From: Terriglobales bacterium
Lineage (GTDB): Bacteria > Acidobacteriota > Terriglobia > Terriglobales > Acidobacteriaceae
DNA length: 64,000 nt
Direction of reading: 5' to 3'
NCBI GenBank assembly: GCA_049520935.1
Contig: JBEKPJ010000043.1
Coordinates: 1,940-65,939 of the forward strand
How positions within the stretch are numbered: position 1 is the stretch's first letter; every line of letters begins with the position of its first letter. Shown here piece after piece: positions 55,018-64,000 of the stretch. The notes below the pieces were generated by a model, which did no database searches, was not told the origin of the DNA, and saw only the letters and a program-made list of their open reading frames with translations. The translations under genes and the position numbers were made by a program.

Positions 55018-55647
55018 ATGTCGGAAGATCTCCAGCCATCTGACCCAAGAAAACCTTTCTGGGTGCGTCTCTCGCTCCTAGTGGTCTGGATCGCGGTGGG
55101 AGCGTTGGTGTTGTTCTTTGGCGTTACCGGAGCCCGCATTGCGCGCGCCGCATCGGAAGCGCCGGACAGAAAGGCCGACGTCATAGTCATTTTCGGAGCT
55201 GCCGAGTATGCGGGGCGACCCTCGCCTATCTTGCGGGCACGTCTGGATCACGGGTTCGACTTGTTTCAGAAGGGAATGGCGCCGGTGGTGATTACCACGG
55301 GCGGATCGGGGCAGGATCCGGATTTCAGTGAAGGCGGGGTGGGGCGAGATTATCTTCTGCGACGTGGCGTGCCCGAGCAAGCATTGATTGCCGAGACGCA
55401 GGGCTCCGATACGGCGCACTCGGCGGCGCGGGTGGCCAACATTATGCGCACCAATGGCATGCGCCGGTGCATCGCGGTGAGCGATGCCTACCATGTGTTC
55501 CGTATTCGCGCGTTGCTCGAGCACGAAGGTATGGAAGTGGAGGTGGCGCCGCGCCCGCAATCGCGTCCGCACCCGCTCTGGGAACGCTCGGCAGCCGTGA
55601 TGCGGGAGGCGGTTAGCTACTTGGCATGGAAGGCCGGTTTGCCGTAG
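55018..55647 (+). CDS. DUF218 (YdcF/ElyC/SanA-like) membrane-anchored protein
   Basis: N-terminal TM (VRLSLLVVWIAVGALVLFFGV) followed by VIVIFGAAEYAGRPSPILRARLDHGFDLFQKGMAPVVITTGG and AVSDAYHVFR. Confidence 0.8.
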   Translation: MSEDLQPSDPRKPFWVRLSLLVVWIAVGALVLFFGVTGARIARAASEAPDRKADVIVIFGAAEYAGRPSPILRARLDHGFDLFQKGMAPVVITTGGSGQDPDFSEGGVGRDYLLRRGVPEQALIAETQGSDTAHSAARVANIMRTNGMRRCIAVSDAYHVFRIRALLEHEGMEVEVAPRPQSRPHPLWERSAAVMREAVSYLAWKAGLP

Positions 55648-55841
55648 AAGGGTTGCAATCTGCGAGCTGCACACGACGGCCTGTCGAGAGTCGGCCCGGA
55701 AATCAGGGCTTGATCAAACAAGATTGGCGGGTCGCGCCTATAAGGTAGACGGAGGCCGGGGTCGTCACCGTTGCGCTGCCCCTGGAGCGAGAAGCCAGGC
55801 GATTCGAGCTCACGGGCCATGGTTCGCCGCGCTCTCGCTCT

Positions 55842-56366
55842 TTACCATCCCATTTTGTCGCGCAAATGGGCCACGTGCGCAACGTGATGCCGTCCGTGCC
55901 AGGAATAGAGGGCGAGCGTTTTTTCGAGTGTCATCGCACCCAGCGCGGGATGGCGAAAGGTGCGCTGCCATTGCGCCTCGGTAAGGTCGAGCAGGAGGAG
56001 CATCCAGCGTTGGTGCAGGGAATCGAGCAAGGCCAGGGATACGTCGATGGGCGCGTGCTTGGCTTCGGGCAATTCGGCCCACAGATTTTCCATGTAGGGC
56101 TTGATGGTCGGAGAATCTTCGGTGAGCGCCAGCTTGAAACGAATGTAGGAATTTATGTGGCTGTCCGGGACGTGGTGAGCCACCTGGCGCAGCGTCCAGC
56201 CGCCATCGCGATAGGGAGTGTCCAGTTGCGGGTCGGACAGGCCGCGGAGAGCGGCGCGCAGGCGTGCCGGAGTCTGCTCGACGTCGGTCAGGTACTGGCG
56301 CTTTTGTTCTGCCGTGAGCGGGCCGCTGTAGGAAAATTTGCCAATCGGATAGCGCGGGTCAGACAT
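55842..56366 (-). CDS. DinB/YfiT-family metal-dependent hydrolase or thiol transferase
   Basis: GGAGGA 3 nt upstream of ATG 56366. YPIGKFSY..., GGWTLRQVAHHVPDSHINSYIRF and SWHGRHHVAHV form the His triad of the YfiT/DinB_2 family. Confidence 0.8.
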   Translation of the reverse strand: MSDPRYPIGKFSYSGPLTAEQKRQYLTDVEQTPARLRAALRGLSDPQLDTPYRDGGWTLRQVAHHVPDSHINSYIRFKLALTEDSPTIKPYMENLWAELPEAKHAPIDVSLALLDSLHQRWMLLLLDLTEAQWQRTFRHPALGAMTLEKTLALYSWHGRHHVAHVAHLRDKMGW

Positions 56367-56491
56367 GGATCCTCCCGGAAGATCAAGATCATAGTAAAGG
56401 CAGTGAGCGGTGAGCGGTAGAGGATCCTCGAGCGGAACAGGGTGCAAAAAAACCGCTTTGCTGGCGGGCTCGGGCGACTCCCGATGCTCCG

Positions 56492-57184
56492 CTATCGGAC
56501 CATGGCCAAGATGCGAACCGGGGCCGGACCGGGTTTCTTGTTCTTTTCCGGCGCGACGATGACCAGTGAGCCGGTTGCGGGTAGCGAAGTCAAGCGCGCC
56601 GTGCCTTCGACGACATAGCTTCCGTGGAGAGCAAGTTGCTCCCCCAAGGTGCGGTCCGAGGTCAGGTCGACGGGTGTTTCGATGGCAAAACCGATCGCGC
56701 AGCGAGCCTCGATCAGGAACTCAGCCGCGTCGCGGGCGACGGGAAACGGCGCGCTTGGAATCGATGGATTGGGGGCCGGTGAAACCGGGAGCTTTCCCGC
56801 CCGGCGGATGGCGATGACCGATCCTTGCGCGATCATGCCGTGGTGCGCTTCCCAGGCTTCAATGTCGTCGAGAGAAATCTGCAATTTGTCGGGCGTCGTG
56901 GTGCCGAGATCCATGACGACCAGGGGAGCTACGAGGCGCTCGGGTGGGATCTGTCCGGCGGCCCAGGTTCCGGGAATCAGCGTTCCGGGAGCGATGATGC
57001 GGGTGCTCGATTCCGGCGCTCTCGGGTGGGACGGTGTCGTGCTTGGTCCGTCGGTCAAGTCCACGACATGCGAATAGCGGTCTTGCTGCGCGGAGCCGGG
57101 TCTGCGGTCGGCGAACAGTAAAATCGCGAGCACGAGAGCATAGGCGATGATAAAACTGCGAATCTGCATTCCGTTCCTGGCCAA
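56492..57184 (-). CDS. Secreted cyclase-family (kynurenine-formamidase-fold) homolog, apparently lacking the metal-binding His motif
   Basis: N-terminal TM/signal (IRSFIIAYALVLAILLFA). VVDLTDG..., VVMDLG..., IEAWEAHHGMIAQGSVIAI and the C-terminal SYVVEGTARLTSLPATGSLVIVAPEKNKKPGPAPVRILAMV resemble the PF04199 layout. The assignment is by eye. Confidence 0.55.
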   Translation of the reverse strand: MARNGMQIRSFIIAYALVLAILLFADRRPGSAQQDRYSHVVDLTDGPSTTPSHPRAPESSTRIIAPGTLIPGTWAAGQIPPERLVAPLVVMDLGTTTPDKLQISLDDIEAWEAHHGMIAQGSVIAIRRAGKLPVSPAPNPSIPSAPFPVARDAAEFLIEARCAIGFAIETPVDLTSDRTLGEQLALHGSYVVEGTARLTSLPATGSLVIVAPEKNKKPGPAPVRILAMVR

Positions 57185-57597
57185 GACTAATTAAGACACA
57201 CTTCAACCTGGTATTGTTGCCTGAGGGGGTGTCAAGATCAATTCTCGGTGGGACATGGACCACCGAGCGCAGGGATAGCATCAAAACATGGATTGAACTC
57301 AGCTTCGATTCGGCTTTGATTTTGCCCCAACCGCCGTTGCCAGGGACCGGAAAACTTTCGTTTTCGGTGGGATGTTTCGGGCGGGGTTCGGCGCGGCGTA
57401 GAATAACAGCCAGAGCTATCTCAATACTGAACTGAGGGATTGCAGGCCTGGTGCTCGCAAGGGCTCCAGGGCGCAGCAGTGGGCTCCTTACGGCAAGGCG
57501 GAGGCCGTGCCAAGCGATTCGCGAGGTAGTATTGCAGCATTTTCAGCGACTCCGGGCTTTTTGGCGGAGGCCTGAAAATGCAGGAACCAGAGGATGG

Positions 57598-59568
57598 ATG
57601 TTCGGCCGCGAAGAAAAAGTCTCGGCTCTGCGCCTGACCGCCGTGCAGTATATCGTGCTGTTTATGTTTTTGCTGCTGGCCTACGGGCTGTGGCGGCTGC
57701 AGGTAATGCAGAGCGGCAAGTATGCGCAACTGGCAGAGCAGAATCGGGTGCGCAACGTGCCGATTCTTGCCCCGCGAGGGAAAATTCTCGATCGCGAAGG
57801 GCGAATCATTGTCGACAACTACCCTTCGTTTTCCGCGCTGCTTCTGCGCGATTCTTCACGTGATTTGAGAGAAGACGCGGACGAGATCGCCAGGGGACTG
57901 CACCTGAACCCCGACGAGGTGCGACTGCGCATACGGCGCGCCGCCTGGATGCCGCAGTACCAGCCGATTTTTCTGAAGGAAGACATCACCCCCGACGAAC
58001 TGGCATTCATCGAGGCGCATAAGAACGAATTGCCGGAACTTGAAACCATCATGGCGCACCGCCGCCTCTATCCGCGCAACGGTTTCCTTGCCCACCTGGT
58101 CGGCTATGTCGGCGAAGTGACCGAAGACATGCTCAACCAACCGCAATTTGAACTCTATACGCCGGGTGACGTGGTGGGAGTAAGCGGGGTCGAGAAACAG
58201 TACAACAGCATCCTGATGGGAAAGAACGGATTCCGGCGTGCGATCGTCAACAGCCACGGGCGGGAAGTTGGACGACTGGATGAAACGCCGGCCGAACCCG
58301 GCAAGCAGCTCAAGCTGACGGTGGACATTGATCTGCAGATTGCGGCGGAACAGGCCATCGAGGGAAAGAACGGCGCGATCGTGGCCATGGATCCGCACAC
58401 GGGCGAAATTCTGGCCATGGTAAGCCGGCCAACATTTGATCCGAACGATTTCAGGACGAAGATTTCACGGGACGAGTGGAACAAGCTGGTTACCGATCCT
58501 GACAAGCCGCTGCTGAACAAAGCGATTCAGGCGCAGCTCGCGCCTGGTTCAACGTTCAAGATCATCATGGCGACCGCCGGGTGGCAGGAGGGGATTGCGC
58601 AAACCCTCAACGTGCACTGCAACGGCGGTGCGACCTTTTATGGCCGCCGTTTTGGGTGCTGGGTCAAGGGCGGGCACGGCGCGGTCGATCTGCCGAAGGC
58701 GATTTACCAGTCGTGCGATGTTTTCTTCTACACGCTGGCGGAGAAGCTCGGCATTGATCGCATCGCCAAATACGCGACCGCTTTCGGACTGGGGCAGAAG
58801 ACCGGCATTGACCTGCCCAATGAAGTCAGTGGCGTAATGCCTTCGGAAGAATGGAAGATCCGCAATTTCAAGCAGAAATGGTTCGCCGGGGAAACCATTT
58901 CGGTGGGCATCGGTCAGGGTGCGGTGGCGATAACGCCCGTGCAGTTGATGCGCGCAGTGGGCGCGATCGCCATGGATGGGCGCATGGTTGTACCGCACTT
59001 GATTAACCCGACGAATCTGCCGCCGGGGTTTGTCGAGACCACGCACTACACGGAAGTGAAGGAAGTTCCGATTGATCCCACGGGTTGGAACACGATTACC
59101 GACGCGATGAGCCGGGTTTTGTTGCCGGAAGGGACGGCTCCCTCGGCGCACATTCCGGGCATCGACATTGCGGGCAAGACAGGATCGGCGCAGATCGTCT
59201 CCTTGGCGCTGCGCGCCAAGCACCAGAATAACGCTGATTTTGCGCAGAACGGATGGTTTGTCGGATTCACTCCGCGTCGTAATCCGGACATCATTGTCTG
59301 CGTGCTCTTCGAGGGCGGCGAGCACGGGAAATTGGCGGCGCGGTTGGCGACGCAGGTGATTAAGGCTTACGTGGACAAGCAACAGAGGCAGCCGAACAAA
59401 GTGGCGGCGACCCCGGGAAAACTCGAGGTGAGCAGTCTCTGGACCGATCCGGGCGACGCAGAGGGCGCGCAAGGTACGGATGGAGATCAGTTGCATGCGG
59501 GTCGCTTCCTGGTCGATCTGGCGCGCAAAAAGCCCCCGCTAGCCATGGCCGCTCCGGGAATGCACTGA
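57598..59568 (+). CDS. mrdA: Penicillin-binding protein 2 (elongasome transpeptidase)
   Basis: ATG 57598 gives MFGREEKVSALRLTAVQYIVLFMFLLLAYGLWRLQV (TM anchor). PBP dimerisation domain, then SxxK (GSTFK), SxN-equivalent (QSCD) and KTG (GKTGSA). Confidence 0.9.
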   Translation: MFGREEKVSALRLTAVQYIVLFMFLLLAYGLWRLQVMQSGKYAQLAEQNRVRNVPILAPRGKILDREGRIIVDNYPSFSALLLRDSSRDLREDADEIARGLHLNPDEVRLRIRRAAWMPQYQPIFLKEDITPDELAFIEAHKNELPELETIMAHRRLYPRNGFLAHLVGYVGEVTEDMLNQPQFELYTPGDVVGVSGVEKQYNSILMGKNGFRRAIVNSHGREVGRLDETPAEPGKQLKLTVDIDLQIAAEQAIEGKNGAIVAMDPHTGEILAMVSRPTFDPNDFRTKISRDEWNKLVTDPDKPLLNKAIQAQLAPGSTFKIIMATAGWQEGIAQTLNVHCNGGATFYGRRFGCWVKGGHGAVDLPKAIYQSCDVFFYTLAEKLGIDRIAKYATAFGLGQKTGIDLPNEVSGVMPSEEWKIRNFKQKWFAGETISVGIGQGAVAITPVQLMRAVGAIAMDGRMVVPHLINPTNLPPGFVETTHYTEVKEVPIDPTGWNTITDAMSRVLLPEGTAPSAHIPGIDIAGKTGSAQIVSLALRAKHQNNADFAQNGWFVGFTPRRNPDIIVCVLFEGGEHGKLAARLATQVIKAYVDKQQRQPNKVAATPGKLEVSSLWTDPGDAEGAQGTDGDQLHAGRFLVDLARKKPPLAMAAPGMH

Positions 59569-59663
59569 CTCAACGACCGAGAGTTCCGGCCACGGTAGGT
59601 TCTTCCGCGAGGTTTGTCCACAAATTCACATCTCTAACTGATCATGGTAGGGTTGAATCGAGG

Positions 59664-61130
59664 ATGAAGACTGCTGCTCAGCTGGCTCTGGACGCGGCCT
59701 CCGCAAGGGGAGTCACTTATGCGGACGCGCGCGTGGTCGCCATTGGCAACCGCTCGCTGACCACCAAGAACGGGCGGATGGGGCACGCCTCGGAATCGGA
59801 ATCACTTGGCATTGGCGTACGTGTGATTGCCGACGGGGCTTGGGGATTTGCAGCGTCGGCGAACTTGAACCGCGACGCGGTGGAAGCCACGGCCGCCCGG
59901 GCGGTCGAGATTGCTCGCGCTTCGGCGCGAGTGAAGCGCGAAGATGTTCGACTGGCTCTGGAGCCCGCGGCAGTGGCGGAATGGACCACACCATACGAAA
60001 TCGATCCCTTTACCACATCGGTCGAGCGGAATCTTGATCTGCTGCTCAAAGTCGACGGGGAGATGCGCGCGGTTCCGGGCGTCACGCTGGCGGAAACGGG
60101 CATGAATTTCCAACGCGAGGAGTCGTGGTTTCTTTCTTCCGAAGGGGCGGATATTCATCAGACAAAATATTCCACCGGTGCGGGCTATACGGCATATGCC
60201 TTTGCCGGGTCGGAGATTCAGAAGCGATCTTACCCGAATTCATTTGGCGGGCAGTGGCAGAATCGCGGATACGAGCAGATTGAAGAAATGAAGCTGCTCG
60301 ACAATGCCCGGCGGGTGGCGGAAGAGGCGGTTGCGTTGCACCATGCCGGTCAGTGCCCGGAAGGCGTATCCACCATCATTCTCGATGGATCGCAACTGGG
60401 TTTGCAGATCCACGAGTCAATCGGGCATCCGATTGAACTGGATCGCGTATTGGGAATGGAGGCCAATTTTGCGGGCACGTCGTTCCTTACCCTGGAAAAG
60501 CTGGGGAATCTTCGCTATGGCAGCGCACTGGTCAACGTCGTTGCAGACGCGCGGCAGGAGCACGGACCGGGGCTCGGGACGTTTGCCTACGACGACGAAG
60601 GTGTGGCGGCGCAGTCGACTCCGATTATTACGAACGGACTTTTTACCGGCTACCTGAGTTCGCGCGAAACGGCGCGCACGGTGGGCGCGGCCCGATCGGG
60701 CGGAACCTTGCGCGCGGAAGGCTGGAACCGAGTGCCGATGATTCGCATGACGAACGTCAGTATTGTGCCCGGCGAGAAGCCCTTGCGCCTAGAGCAGCTC
60801 ATCGCTGCGACCGACGAGGGCATCTACATGGAGACCAACCGATCCTGGTCGATCGACGACAAGCGCTACAATTTCCAGTTTGGATGCGAGATTGCCTGGG
60901 AGATCAAGGGCGGCAAGCGGGTGCGAATGCTCAAAAATCCTTCCTATTCCGGGATCACGACGGAGTTTTGGAATTCGATGGACGCGATTTGCTCGCGTGA
61001 CGAGTGGACGATCTGGGGAACTCCGAACTGCGGGAAGGGACAGCCGCAGCAAGTGGTGGGAACCGGACATGGTGCTTGCCCGGCGCGGTTTCGGAATATC
61101 CGGGTCGGCTCGGCATACCAGGGAAACTGA
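59664..61130 (+). CDS. tldD: TldD-family metalloprotease
   Basis: PmbA_TldD fold pattern with the metal site IHESIGHPIELDR and C-terminal GTPNCGKGQPQQVVGTGHGACPARF. Confidence 0.88.
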   Translation: MKTAAQLALDAASARGVTYADARVVAIGNRSLTTKNGRMGHASESESLGIGVRVIADGAWGFAASANLNRDAVEATAARAVEIARASARVKREDVRLALEPAAVAEWTTPYEIDPFTTSVERNLDLLLKVDGEMRAVPGVTLAETGMNFQREESWFLSSEGADIHQTKYSTGAGYTAYAFAGSEIQKRSYPNSFGGQWQNRGYEQIEEMKLLDNARRVAEEAVALHHAGQCPEGVSTIILDGSQLGLQIHESIGHPIELDRVLGMEANFAGTSFLTLEKLGNLRYGSALVNVVADARQEHGPGLGTFAYDDEGVAAQSTPIITNGLFTGYLSSRETARTVGAARSGGTLRAEGWNRVPMIRMTNVSIVPGEKPLRLEQLIAATDEGIYMETNRSWSIDDKRYNFQFGCEIAWEIKGGKRVRMLKNPSYSGITTEFWNSMDAICSRDEWTIWGTPNCGKGQPQQVVGTGHGACPARFRNIRVGSAYQGN

Positions 61131-61257
61131 TCACCCGGGAAAACGAAGAAGAGCGGATCGGGCAGGTTTCCGGATCCCCTCTTTTCAGGGGCCTGTGGCG
61201 AGTGGTAGTGCCGGCGACGGCAAGGATGCGGCAAGCCGGGTCTCGGAAAAATCGAAA

Positions 61258-62655
61258 ATGCTGAGCAAAGAACAAGCCGCTGGCGTATTCGACCGCATTC
61301 GCCGCTTCACCTCTGCCGATGAGGTCGAGGCCGTGTTCACCGCATCCCGCTTTGCCCTGACTCGGTTTGCGAACAACGCCATTCATCAGAATGTGGAAGA
61401 AGAGAACGCGGTCGTTTCGATCCGCACGAATTTTGCTGGGCGCACGGCGCGCGCGACGGCCAACCAGTTTGACGATGACAGTGTGCGGCGAGCGGTTGCG
61501 GCTTCCGAGGCTCTGGCGCGGGCACAGGCACCAAACCCGGATCTGCTGCCGGTTCCGGATGCCCGGGAAGCGGGCGGAGAGGCCTCCGACGGGGGCCTCG
61601 CCCCACCCAACCGGTTCTTTGCGCAGACGGCAGGCGCCACGGCGTCCGATCGCGCCGAGGTAGTCAGTCGTATCGTGTCGGTAGCGGACAAGCACCGGCT
61701 CACGACCGCGGGGATCTATTCGAGCTGCGAGTCCGGCGAGGGAATTTTTAACTCCCGCGGGCTGGCGAATTGGCATCAGCAGACTTTGGCGGAAGTTTCG
61801 ATCACCATGCTGGGTGAGGATTCCTCGGGCTGGCAGAAACGGAATTCACCCGATCTGCGCGACCTCGATGCCGCGAGCTTGGCGGAGACGGCGGCGCAAA
61901 AGGCGGTCGCCTCGCTGCATCCGCGGGAGATTGTTCCGGGGAAGTATACAGTGATCCTCGAGCCATCGGCCGTTCTCGACATCGCAGGCTTCATGTTCTG
62001 GGACTATAGCGGCATGGCGATTCTCGATCAGCGGTCGTTTCTGAACGATCGGATCGGCACCAGACTTTTTGGCGAGAATATCAATATCTGCGATGACGTT
62101 GCCCATCCTCTGCAGGCGGGCTCGCCGTTCGATGGCGAGGGGATGCGGCGGCAGCGCCTGCAGTTGGTGGAGAACGGGACGGTAAAGCGGGTCTCGTATG
62201 CGCGCGCCACGGCGCGAAAGATGAAGCATTCCGAGTACGCGGCCAAGGTCGGCACCATCGAGCCGACGGGACACGGATTCCCCCTGCCGAACGAGACAGG
62301 GGAAATGCCGGTGAATATTGTCTTCGGCGCGCCGGAACGTGCGCAGAGTATAGAGGAAATGATTGCCTCGACGGAACGGGGCGTTCTGGTGACCCGGCTG
62401 TGGTATATCCGTGAGGTCGATCCCTACGAGAAGATCGTCACGGGCATGACGCGCGACGGGACTTTTCTGGTGGAAAATGGCAAGGTGCAGTGCGGGTTGC
62501 GTAATTTTCGTTTCAACCAAAGCGTGATCTCGATGCTGTCAAATGTCGATGCCATGAGTGTTCCGGTGCGAGCCAGCGGAGAGGAATCGTTCGACATGGT
62601 CGTGCCGGCGATGAAGGTGCGTGAATTTAACTTCACGGAAGTGACACGGTTCTGA
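61258..62655 (+). CDS. pmbA: PmbA/TldE-family protein (partner of TldD)
   Basis: ATG 61258 gives MLSKEQAAGVFDRIRRFTSADEVEAVFTASRFALTRFANNAIHQN. PmbA_TldD pattern without the HExxxH site, C-terminal ...VPAMKVREFNFTEVTRF. The longer ORF from 60880 overlaps tldD and is rejected. Confidence 0.85.
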   Translation: MLSKEQAAGVFDRIRRFTSADEVEAVFTASRFALTRFANNAIHQNVEEENAVVSIRTNFAGRTARATANQFDDDSVRRAVAASEALARAQAPNPDLLPVPDAREAGGEASDGGLAPPNRFFAQTAGATASDRAEVVSRIVSVADKHRLTTAGIYSSCESGEGIFNSRGLANWHQQTLAEVSITMLGEDSSGWQKRNSPDLRDLDAASLAETAAQKAVASLHPREIVPGKYTVILEPSAVLDIAGFMFWDYSGMAILDQRSFLNDRIGTRLFGENINICDDVAHPLQAGSPFDGEGMRRQRLQLVENGTVKRVSYARATARKMKHSEYAAKVGTIEPTGHGFPLPNETGEMPVNIVFGAPERAQSIEEMIASTERGVLVTRLWYIREVDPYEKIVTGMTRDGTFLVENGKVQCGLRNFRFNQSVISMLSNVDAMSVPVRASGEESFDMVVPAMKVREFNFTEVTRF

Positions 62656-62713
62656 GTGGACAGCTGCAGCGCGGACGCGAACCGGTCGGCGAAAAGCGGG
62701 ATGAGGTGGTGGC

Positions 62714-63265
62714 GTGACGCCGGTACTCGAGACAGAACGGTTGTGGTTGCGTCCTCTGGAACTGGCAGACGCCGAACAGATTCAGATTATTTTCCCGCAC
62801 TGGAAGGTGGTGGAATTTCTCTCCGCCCGCGTACCATGGCCGTATCCGCCCGATGGCGCGTTAACCTATTGCCGCGACATCGCTCTGCCGGCTGTCGCTT
62901 CTGGAAAGGAATGGCACTGGACCCTGCGTCGCAAGAGCGATCCATCCGTTGTAATTGGTTCGATCAGCTTAATGAAGGCGGAAAATCATAATCGCGGGTT
63001 CTGGCTCGGCCTGCCGTGGCAAGGGCAGCGCCTGATGAGTGAAGCTTGCGAAGCGGTGACAGACTATTGGTTTCACATTCTGAGATTTCCCGTCCTGCGG
63101 GTTCCCAAGGCCATTGCCAATGAGGCGTCCCGCCGCATTTCTGCACGACAGGGCATGCGCGTGGTCTCAAGCGAAGAGCGAGACTTCGTGGCCGGCCGGT
63201 TGCGGGCGGAGATCTGGGAAATCACGGCCGAGCAGTGGCACGGCCGCCGGCGGGGGCTGAAATAA
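62714..63265 (+). CDS. GNAT-family N-acetyltransferase (RimJ/RimL-like)
   Basis: GTG 62714 preceded by GAGGTGG. LETERLWLRPLELADAEQI is the typical RimJ/L N-terminus. It also has WQGQRLMSEACEAVTDYWF and ANEASRRISARQGM. Confidence 0.8.
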   Translation: MTPVLETERLWLRPLELADAEQIQIIFPHWKVVEFLSARVPWPYPPDGALTYCRDIALPAVASGKEWHWTLRRKSDPSVVIGSISLMKAENHNRGFWLGLPWQGQRLMSEACEAVTDYWFHILRFPVLRVPKAIANEASRRISARQGMRVVSSEERDFVAGRLRAEIWEITAEQWHGRRRGLK

Positions 63266-63539
63266 TGCCGGCAGCGCGAGCCTTTGGCTTGAGCAATGAC
63301 GCCCGCCCGCGGCCCAGTCAATTTCTCCATCAAACCTAGCGGTTCTGCCGGCTGGCTTCAGATTTTGAGCTGCGGCTCCGCCCTTTTTTCATCGCCGATT
63401 CGACAATTCCGGTACGCCCCTAAGTCCCTGTACTAGTGGCACTTCGCCGCGCTTGTTCAATGACCTCCGTAACTTTGCATTGTCGTTTCCGGGGTGTAAT
63501 CTCGGCCTGAAATGCGCACACGCTCGATTGGAGTGGTGC

Positions 63540-63956
63540 ATGGCCCGAGCCGGAAGAAAGGTCGTTGCTAAAGTGTCTGAAACCGCCAAGGGAACCACGG
63601 AAGTGAGCAAAAATCGAAGGGGTTATGCGGACGTGCAAGGTGCGCCGCGCTTTCCTATCAAGTTGCCGGTGGCATTGAAATCTGCGGCGGGCCTGTCTGG
63701 GGCCGGGGACCAAACAATCGCCGGTAAAACGGTCGAAACCGAAAACATCTCTGCGAACGGTGTTCTTTTTCGAATGGATGCCGATGTACCCGTAGGTTCG
63801 GCGGTTGATTTTACGATCTCGCTTCCGGCGGATGTGGTAGGTGCAGAGGCCGACGTGCAGGTGGATTGTCGCGGGCGCGTAGTGCGCAGTTTTGCCGATG
63901 GTGGCCGGCGTGGAGTCGGAGTCGTCATCGATGAGTACCGTTTCGAGCGTAAGTAG
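63540..63956 (+). CDS. PilZ-domain protein (candidate c-di-GMP receptor)
   Basis: APRFPIKLPVALKS...GKTVETENISANGVLFRMDADVPVGSAVDFTISLP...VDCRGRVVRS fits the PilZ RxxxR / D-x-S-x-x-G layout loosely. The start is taken at ATG 63540. Confidence 0.7.
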   Translation: MARAGRKVVAKVSETAKGTTEVSKNRRGYADVQGAPRFPIKLPVALKSAAGLSGAGDQTIAGKTVETENISANGVLFRMDADVPVGSAVDFTISLPADVVGAEADVQVDCRGRVVRSFADGGRRGVGVVIDEYRFERK

Positions 63957-64000
63957 TTTTCGCAGTAGCGTCGCCGCGCTTGGTAGGGCGCGAAAAGAGG

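Noticed and set aside
1-64000. Search for mobile elements, toxin-antitoxin pairs, restriction-modification, CRISPR-Cas, retron/DGR reverse transcriptases or other defence-type genes
   Set aside because: No ORF in either strand shows the motifs I would recognise: DDE/serine/tyrosine recombinases, RT YxDD, Cas, methyltransferase DPPY/FxGxG with a partner nuclease, or PIN/HEPN pairs. I cannot exclude highly divergent examples without profile searches.

Overview
GC-rich bacterial chromosomal segment. The gene content looks Acidobacteriota/Terriglobia-like (a ~1300-aa CarboxypepD_reg-type TonB-dependent receptor, sulfatase-TPR fusions), but that is inference from gene families only. I saw no rRNA, CRISPR array, integrase, transposase or recognisable defence genes.

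I call about 55 protein genes, one tRNA-Arg(CCG) and two nonsense-interrupted genes.

The housekeeping backbone is typA, lpxL-like/lpxD, lnt, prfB (classic programmed +1 frameshift, visible in the sequence), rarA, a TrmH-type methyltransferase, tsaC-like, mrdA, tldD/pmbA and htrA.

The main accessory block (13.6-30.6 kb) is a divergently organised polyamine / omega-amine utilisation locus. potD-A-B-[unknown ORF]-C and a MerR+XRE+cupin regulator lie on the minus strand. They face a plus-strand run of TonB-dependent receptor, three class-III aminotransferases, an APC permease and an aldehyde dehydrogenase.

The items I consider most worth a second look:
- An orphan Ser/Gly/Asn/Gln-rich protein with two nested repeat systems and no signal peptide (2681..3949).
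- A 140-codon ORF wedged between potB and potC with ATGA overlaps at both junctions.
- The triple-domain regulator and its palindromic operator.
- In-frame TAA, TAG and TGA stops in two otherwise intact genes within 5.5 kb.
- An OmpA-like barrel fused to a PDZ domain.
- A NarL-type response regulator that lacks the phospho-acceptor Asp.

I cannot point to a clear multi-gene system of wholly unknown function. All family assignments rest on motif recognition by eye, and no database search was run.
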